The position numbers and the translations under genes are program-made. From positions 120,528,001 through 120,592,000 of the forward strand of contig OX597820.1 in assembly GCA_951406725.2 (NCBI GenBank): DNA of 64,000 nt, written 5' to 3'. Origin of the DNA: Octopus vulgaris (lineage: Eukaryota). Of this stretch, positions 55,366-64,000 are shown one piece after another (position 1 is the first letter of the stretch; each line of letters begins with the position of its first letter). Under the pieces are notes generated by a model. That model had not been told where the DNA came from. It saw only the letters and a program-made list of their open reading frames with translations, and ran no database searches.

Positions 55366-56708
55366 TAAATGTCGTTTGCGGTTCCATATGATTACTTGTG
55401 TAGCATTTCTAGTTTAGCTTGAGTGATTTTGAAAAACCTGGTTAATGTTAAATTGCTGAGAATGATAAATGGCAATTATTTACTGTTATGACATAAGATA
55501 TAGCTTGGAGACTTAAGGAAAAAAAAAACATAGTTTTTCAGTCACAAATTTGATATCTGGAAACAACGGAAATGTGACATGTGAAATTTGAGAAGTTTAT
55601 AATTAGATAATCATTTATTTTTATTTCTGCATGAAATGAGATAAGCCATATCCAATTTGAAGAAACCAGTGATTGAGTGGATAAAACATAATTTGAAAAT
55701 GTCAAATAAATAGATGTATTCTAAACTTATTGATTTCTTACATCAACATATAGCAGTCTGATCTGGCGTTGGAGTTAGACAAGATTACACAACAGCCATG
55801 ATAATATAAAATACTTAAGTGAATTGCTAAAATTTAAATGGAATTAGAAGACTCTAGAAATCGAGCGCTTATTTCGAAAGTACAACTTATCTGCGTTTCT
55901 TTAAATTTGATATTTTATAATCACAAAAAGCCATAGTTATGTCGCAGTAAAAATAATATCTCACGGATAGCGTAAGACATGATGTCTCCACAATTGAATT
56001 AAGTTTGCATCATTTCAAATAGCGTAACCCTTCGTTTGTAGAATTTATTTTCACCATTACGTTACATCATTACGCTACATCTCTTACTTTTACTTTCTCT
56101 TCTTTCAGTTCAGGGAAGCAGAGCTAGGCGTTAGACGTTCGATTCACAGTCACGAGGTAGACTGCACTAGCGACCTCTATATTAACTAAGTGTTGAACGA
56201 GGTGTTGTAAATGAGATTTGCTAAACGGAATGTCATTATAAGCAACCTGAATTTCGAAAATATGAACCTATATCTATGGGGTTGTATATGTATATATATC
56301 TACTTCTCTCTCTTTCTCACCAACCTCTCCCTCTTGTGTGCTGCTAGACCGCGTAGGGGAAAGACGACGGCTCCTGCATGTTACAATAAAACAAATTTTC
56401 ATTTATCATGGTCATGTTCAAAGAAGCAGAGATTTTGGTAAACATTATCATGGAAAAGAGCAGGGGGTAGTCGATCTAGAGGCAGTCAAAATACGCAAAG
56501 GATGAACAATATCAAGATCTGGTTGGAAAATATTTGCAAGGCAGCTGGAAAGCGTGAACTTAATCGGGAAGTCTTTTGGCATGGTGGCATCAATGCGCTA
56601 CAGGATTTTGGTATATGAAGACGACGATATACCACGAGAGAAAGAGTTATGTAAATTCAAACATAGGCAGGCACACACGCACGTGCCTGCACGGTTTGTG
56701 TGTGTAGA

Positions 56709-56936
56709 GGCGAGCTGGCAGAAACGTTAGCACGCCGGGCGAAGTGCTTAGCGGTATTTCGTCTGTCTTTACGTTCTGAGTTCAAATTCCGCCGAGGTAA
56801 ACTTCGCCTTTCATCCTTTCGGGGTCGATAAATTAAGTACCAGTTACGCACTGGGGTCGATGTAATCGACTTAATCCGTTTGCCTGTCCTTGTTTGTCCT
56901 CTCTGTGTTTAGCCCCTTGTGGGTAGTAAAGAAATA
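56709..56936 (+). mobile_element. SINE family B monomer, full length
   Basis: 16-bp TSD GGTTTGTGTGTGTAGA at 56693-56708 and 56937-56952. Confidence 0.92.
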
Positions 56937-57409
56937 GGTTTGTGTGTGTAGATAAATATAATAACTGAAGAAAACAATCGCTTCTTTAATCAAACACAGA
57001 TGATGGCATTTTGTTTTGTCTGGGATATGCAATTTATGTGAAGATCTAATGCCCGTCTTCCATTATGAGCTCAACAAAATAAAAAAAAGTCTGTGATTGA
57101 ATATTATACTAAATTGTTAAATGTATTGAATGTTGCGTCAATCCATTTCTGTGAGTGAAGAAAGCTTAGCGATGTAAATCATTCCACAGATCTTGTATTG
57201 AGATTGTGTAACATTTTTATGGATCCCAATCAATAATCGTACAATGGGTTTTAGTCAACATGAATTCATACCTCGTAAAAAGAAAACTTGCTACTAATCG
57301 AGACAGACGGCCAGAAACATTAAGGGAGTGGGTACGACCAAACCTTCCACTTAGAAAGCTTCAGCAAATATCTATTTCTTTCCTAGCCACAAGGGGCTAA
57401 ACACAGAGG

Positions 57410-57821
57410 AGATCTTTTCGGTTTTGAACGGCAGATTTTTCTAGCGGTGTCATATGAAATTGTCACTCTATAATTATGACCCTAGAATCGATCTATTGCA
57501 TTTCAATCTGTTTTAGGGTTAGGGGTGGGGGAAGGGTATCTTTTTTCTTCACAAATGTAAATAAACCCAATTTGTTTCTTAAACGAGGAACATATTCATA
57601 CGACACAGAATGTTTTTTTTTACCCCAATAGACGTCAGTGATTGGTTGAAATTGCAGAAATTGAAGAAAGAACAACAAATATCTTACAAGCTATAGAATT
57701 TTTTCAATAAAGCCAAGAGAAAACGGTGTTTTATAAACACATTCTACGAGTATACGAAGTATAAAATTTTTTAGTTACCTAGAAATTATGTTAAAAACTG
57801 CCGTTCAAACCGAAAAGATCC
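57410..57821 (-). mobile_element. MITE copy 3 (no 8-bp TSD; between long direct duplications)
   Basis: TIRs at both ends, body matches copy 2. Confidence 0.9.
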
Positions 57822-57993
57822 TCACAATCAATAATTGTACAATGGGTTTTTGTCACCAATATAAATTCATACATCGTAAAAAGAAAACTTGCTACTAATC
57901 GAGACAGACGACCAGGAAACTTAAGGGAGTGGGTACGTCAAGACCTTCGACTTACAATACAACACTTAGAAAACTTCAGCAAATACCTATTTC

Positions 57994-58418
57994 GGATCTT
58001 TTCGGTTTGAACGGCAGTTTTTAACATAATTTCTAGGTAACTAAAAAATTTTACACTTCGTATACTAGTAGAATATGTTTATAAAACATCCTTTTTCTCT
58101 TGGCTTTATTGAGAAAATTCTATAGTTTGTAAGTTATTTGTTGATTTTTTTCTTCAATTTCTGGAATTTCAACCAATAAGTGACGTCTATTGAGTTAAAA
58201 AGCATTCTGTGCTGTATGTATATGTCCCTCGTTTAAGAAACAGATTGGGCTTATTTCTATTTGTGAAGAAAAAAAAGATACCCTTCCCCCCACCCCTAGA
58301 CCTAACCCTAACCCTAAAACAGATTGAAATGCAATAGATTGATTCTTGGGTCATAATTATGGGTGACAATTTCATATGACACCGCAAGAAAAAACTACCG
58401 TTCAAACCGAAAAGATCC
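57994..58418 (+). mobile_element. MITE copy 4, inserted into the 3' end of a SINE B
   Basis: TIRs; TSD CCTATTTC / CTTATTTC (7 of 8). Confidence 0.92.
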
Positions 58419-58648
58419 CTTATTTCTTTACTACCCACAAGAGGCTAAACGCAGAGGGGATAAACAAGGACAGACACACGGATTAAGTCAATTACATCGA
58501 CTCCAGTGCGTAACTGATACTTATTTAATCTACCCCCGAAAGGATGAAAGGCAAAGTCGATCTCAGCGGAATTTGAACTCAGATCGTAACGGCGAAGGAA
58601 ATACCACAAAGAATCTCGCCCGGCGTGCTAATGTTTCTGCCAGCACGA
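58419..58648 (-). mobile_element. SINE family B (tail interrupted by MITE copy 4)
   Basis: Reverse complement of 56709-56936. Confidence 0.85.
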
Positions 58649-59373
58649 CGCAATGCATTTTCCCTGACAATTTGGTGTTTCTACCATTCTGTCAGCTTCA
58701 TTCAAACTATTCAATATACTGATATGAATATTATGTATTTTTTCATTGTTTTTATAAACAAAATATATCTTTATTGTTGATTCTAACAAGAAGAGTAAAT
58801 ATATATTTCGTTCCGGTAAACAAAGCGCAATAAACAATGTTTATCTGAATATACTGAATAAATCGATAAAATCCCTCACATATATGTTAGAAAGATAAAA
58901 CCATTCAGATATTAGCATGATAAACATTTGTCAAAAACAGTTTCATATATCGATTTGATCGATCAATGAAATCAAGAAACTTTAAGAAACTATACAAATG
59001 AAATATGGTGTAAGTTAGTTTTTAAATAATTCGAAAAGGAAAATATAGCAACGCAGAGGCGGAATCGCAGATTTGTATATAGCCAATTAGCAGGTACAGT
59101 GTGCTATGGATATTCCACGTTAGTTCCGATCAATATTCCTCTTAAATTCCTATGTACCTGTTAGATGTACATACATTATATAGCTTTACAGCTGCAATGA
59201 AAACAAAGTGCTTTATTATCATTTTGTACGTGAATAAATCAGAAATATTCGAACAGTAAAGTGATTAATATTCATAATGTTTAGCGATTGTGTAAATATA
59301 TATGTGTATGTGAATACATACTATGCGTTAGAACTCGATATATGTACATGAATATACATATATATGTGGATAA

Positions 59374-59422
<49 letters not shown>

Positions 59423-59436
59423 CATACATACATACA

Positions 59437-59726
59437 TCACCGTGATCACCGTGACCGACCAGGCTATCAGACATTGCTACACATCGCTAGTCACAATGCG
59501 CTTCGCATTGATTTAGCCTTCAAATGACGCCACCCCGCTGGCTAAGTAAGCAGGCCAACAGAAGAAAGAGTGAAAGAAAGTTGTGGTGAAAGAGTACAGC
59601 AGGGATCGCCACTACCTCCTGCCGGAGAGGCGTGGAGCTTTAGGTGTTTTCGCTCAAAAAACACACACAACACACGGTCTGGGAATCGAAACCGCGATCC
59701 GCTGCCGTAACCACTGGACCATTGCA
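59437..59726 (-). mobile_element. SINE with family D head and an alternative 3' tail
   Basis: 59565-59726 matches the family D 5' half; 59437-59564 is unrelated to the tails at 12100 and 20002. Confidence 0.8.
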
Positions 59727-59730
59727 TATA

Positions 59731-59820
<90 letters not shown>

Positions 59821-59821
59821 C

Positions 59822-60060
59822 TGAGACCCCTTCGGTCATGACTGACGATGGGATTGCACCTGAGAAAGTTACCATCCGAGGCACAATCCGGGCAAAGTTG
59901 TTTATGGAAGACCAGCAGTCGCCCATGAATACCAGCCTCCCCTCTCCATGCCACCAGTGTTATCCAAGGGAAAGGCAAAGGGGCCGATACAGCTTGGCAC
60001 CTGTGATGTCGCAACTTATTTCTACAGCTGAGTGAACTGGAGCAACGTGAAGTAAAGTGT
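59822..60060 (-). mobile_element. SINE family C, 5'-truncated
   Basis: Reverse complement of ~7868-8102. Confidence 0.85.
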
Positions 60061-61058
60061 TCACGCGTGTATGTGTGTATGCATACATGCCACAGCCGTG
60101 TATAGAAAGTGACAGTCCGTGTTTTGTAACTATTAGAAGTGGTAAAACAATATTCACATACACACACATATACACAATCAGCGGCACACACACGCGCGCA
60201 CACACACATCCACGGAGAGAGAGAGAGACGCATACAGACTCAAGAAAAGAATTATAGATTAAAGTGACAAAGTATATTTCTATAACATGATTAAAACTTC
60301 CCAATCGTAGAAATTTTATGGTATTAACTGTTACAGATACATCTGAGGCCATAGAAAATCTGCAGAATATATCTTTCAGAACGGGAACTATATTCAACTA
60401 GTGATATTGTCCCAAAATTTTGATTTCAAATTGTGATACAAGGCCAGCAATTTGGGAGGAAATATTTTAGTTGTCAAAAATAGGACACAAAAGGGATATG
60501 TATAGAGTAAAGCCTTTCAAAGAAAAGTCGTTTTGGGATGAATACATATTCTTAATCATAATAAATACGGATAGAAATATTCTACGTTCCTTTAAAATAA
60601 CAGTTACGTTGGAAAATGAAAAGAATCTGTGGTTTGAGAGACCAACGTTCATATTAAAATAGCATGCAAACAAACAATTATTCTCTGGTGCATTAAGATT
60701 GCTACTTAAAGGAAAATGACTTCTCACAAATAATACTAAAACAAATGTCAACTGTTTCCAGCTTAGTCTCTCACAATGGCGACTTCAAATTATTTTCCTA
60801 ACATTTATTAAAACATACATGGTGTCACAATTTTTACTTGGTACTTTCAAACATACAGGAAAGTGTGTCGAAGTTGTTAACGTGACTTACTCTAATAAAT
60901 AACACTGTTTCTGATTTTAAGTGTAATCAATTCAAAGTTGCGAAAATAAAGTTAATATCACTTTTAAAATGTAACTTATCTTGTATCCTTGCGTTCGGCA
61001 GCACCATTCCACACTAATACACAGCAACGTTGCTAACGAAACTCCGAGTAAGTTTCTT

Positions 61059-61496
61059 GGATCTTTTCGGTTTGAACGGCAGTTTTATCTACCGGTGTCA
61101 TATGAAATTGTTACCCATAATTATGACCCTAGTATCGATCTATTGCATTTCAATTTGTTTTAGGTTTAGGGTTATTTAGGGTTAGGGTTAGGGTTAGGGG
61201 TGGGTGGAAGGGTATATTTTTTTCTCCACAAATGTAAATAAACCCAATCTGTTTCTTAAACGAGGGACATATTCATATGGTACAGAATGTTTTTTAACTC
61301 AATACATGTCATTGATTGGTTGAAATTGCAGAATTTGAAGAAAACAACAACAAATATCTTACAAACTATAGAATTTTCTCAATAAAGCCAAGAGAAAAAG
61401 ATGTTTTATAAACACATTCTACCAGTATACGGAGTTTAAAATTTTTTAGTTACCTAGAAATTATGTTAAAAACTGCCGTTCAAACCGAAAAGATCC
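61059..61496 (-). mobile_element. MITE copy 5
   Basis: Both TIRs intact, TTAGGG units; no matching TSD. Confidence 0.92.
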
Positions 61497-62446
61497 GTAG
61501 TAGGATTATCGTAACTAAAGTCAATGTGAATGCAACTATGCTTTGTGATAAGAACGTGGACGAGAGTTCGACAACGTTTGTTACAAGAGAAGGTGGTCTG
61601 CATAATGTTGAGCAAATTAAATTATAGAACATTTCTAGAAAAATCAAGTCTGATACAGTTGATATAAAACGCTGGAATGTGAAAATAGATTTTAATGTAA
61701 TTTATTGCAGACGTAACATATAAAAGAAGTGTAAAATAAAACAGAGAGAGAAAAAATATTAATGGTGTGATTTATTGAAAATCCTTTTATCGTACGTTGT
61801 TAGCCGGAAGCATATATGACGGGCGTGACCCGAATGTTGACCTTCTTGTAAAAAACACAAACACTTTGAAAGACAAAAATCTTCCCTCCGACAGACACAC
61901 ACAAACCATATAGTCTCGATTAGCGTTTATACTACTCTTGTTTAGTTCATTTCCATTTAGGTGCAGATGCTTGAGAGAGCAGAGAACTCGACAAGAAGCT
62001 TTAATTAAATTTATTTTAAGACACTATTGTATTTCGTATTAGAAATTCAAATCCAAAACCATTCGGAAACAAATAAAACCATTACTATTAATACACTTAA
62101 ATATGCTTCAGTAGAGTATATAATTCACAAACAACTGCTTGTCGAGTGCCTCTTCAGAAACAGTATACAGATTTTCTAACGGGGAAAATACAAATGGATA
62201 AGATAGACACGGAATATTTTCGATGGTATCTTTTCTGTAAGTTTGCCATTCTGATTTGAATTCTAAACAAGGCTAGCGTTGTCAGTTTTAGCTTTCCAAA
62301 TCAGATCAAAATCCACCGAAAAAAAGCTCAGAGGTGATACCTTTAAACAATTTAATGAAGTTTTGCTCATTAAGTAAAATGTTTTAAAATGATATTGTTT
62401 TTACACAACGAACTAGTTATGATATAACCGATTTGGAGTAAGGTTT

Positions 62447-62857
62447 GGATCTTTTCCGTTTGAACGGCAGTTTTTATAAATAATTTCAAGGGAACTAAAC
62501 TTCGTATATTGGTAGATGTGTTTATAAAACATCTTTTTCTCTTGACTTTATTGAGAAAATTCTATATTTTGTAAGATATTTGTTGATTTTTTTCTTCAAT
62601 TTCTGCAATTTCAACCAATCAATGACCGTCTATTGAGGTGAAAACATTCTGTGCGGTATGAATATGTCCCTCATTTAAGAAACAGATTGGATTTATTTAC
62701 ATTTGTGAAGAAAAAAAGATACCCTTCCCCCTAATCCTAACTAACCCTAACCCTAAAAGAGATTGAAATGCAATAGATCGATTCTAGGGTCATAATTATG
62801 GGTGACACTTTCATATGACACCGCTAGAAAAAACTGCCGTTCAAACCGGAAAGATCC
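62447..62857 (+). mobile_element. MITE copy 6
   Basis: Both TIRs; no matching TSD. Confidence 0.92.
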
Positions 62858-63311
62858 GGTTTTGGAAATTCAACAAATATTACCACGGCAATTTACTAAT
62901 AAGTTATTTTAATATGTAACTGAAACAGGAAATATCATGAATACTTATTCACTATAATTGTATTTTATAAATTACATTTTATAAATTACATATCAATGAT
63001 AAAAATTATTTTATTTTATACAACGTACCGCCTGCCGTTATCGAAAATAATAGATTGTCTGCTTATAATAATGGTATTACAATTATACTATTCAACACAA
63101 TGAAAGAACAGAGATTTTTAGTTTTTCTATCAATCGAATACAAATGAATTTAGGTTCACATCAACGACTATGTTTCAGAATATTTATTTACTTGTGTGCT
63201 TAATATCCTATAGAGTCAAACATAAAATATTGTTTACAGGTTCCCAACAAGCTCAACTCTTGTGGTGTATATTTATGCTGGGAAGGGTGTCATACTATTG
63301 CAATGAACAGT

Positions 63312-63655
63312 CGTGCAACTTTGCCTTTCGTACATTTGGGGTCGATAACTTACGTACCAGTTATGCACTGGGGTCGATGTAATCGACTTAATCCATTTGT
63401 CTGTCCTTGTTTGTCCCCTCTATGCTTAGCCCCTTGTGGGCAATAAAGAAATAAGAAACATTAGCATGCCGGGCAAAATGCTTAGCGGTATTTCGTCTGC
63501 CTTTATGGTCTGAGTTCAAATTCTGCCGTAGTCGACTTTACCTTTCATCCTTTCGTGGTCGATAAATTAAGTACCAGTTGCGTGCTGGGATCCATCTAAT
63601 CGACTGCCCACTTCCCCCCAAATTTCGGGCCTTGTGCCTAGTCTAGAAAAGAATA
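63312..63655 (+). mobile_element. SINE family B dimer-like composite with two different tails
   Basis: Body plus standard tail to ~63453, then re-entry into the head (gaaacattagc..) and a second body ending in ..ggccttgtgcct..agaaaagaat. Confidence 0.75.
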
Positions 63656-64000
63656 TATTTGTCTCACTTAAAGTTACCAAGCTTGAAATGCCCTGTGATT
63701 TTTTGGGTTAGGTGGGAATGGAAAAGTACTGGCAGTGAGAGAAAATGTAGTTGGAGGGATGATACAATGCGGTGGTTTTGCAGAAGATTATAAGCTCAGA
63801 TGTAAACAGAGGCAGTATAAAAGAATAGATTCTAAATGAACAAAAACATCGAAATTACGCAAAATAAATTCTAAACTGAAAAATTGATAGCGATATTATA
63901 ATACGAGAAAAACTACATGAAGAAAACAACATCAATAATGATGAGGACGATAGATAGGATATTCATGTTAATGATGGTAATAATGATTCTGTTGATGTGA

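Noticed and set aside
61051-62865. Composite transposon formed by MITE copies 5 and 6
   Set aside because: Outer flanks AGTTTCTT and GGTTTTGG do not form a TSD

Overview
AT-rich, microsatellite-dense eukaryotic DNA. The SINE families look like those of Octopus/coleoid cephalopods; this is recognition from memory, not a database result. No host protein-coding exon, true tRNA/rRNA gene or CRISPR array can be supported, so the window reads as intronic or intergenic sequence built of transposable elements. It holds decayed CR1/Jockey-group, R4/Dong and RTE LINEs, one young GC-rich L1/Tx1 fragment inside a (TATC)n array, several Penelope-like (GIY-YIG/RT) remnants, four tRNA-derived SINE families, six copies of a ~415-440 bp GG-ended MITE (8-bp TSDs in three copies, internal TTAGGG units), two non-autonomous Helitrons, Tc1/mariner remnants and a 100-N gap. 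The most interesting signals are non-coding: minimal hammerhead-ribozyme motifs at Penelope-type termini (including an apparent U3:A8 compensatory core variant), recurrent fold-back palindromes at (TA)n tracts, a four-unit SINE concatemer inside one TSD, and a MITE bracketed by a ~180 bp duplication instead of a TSD.
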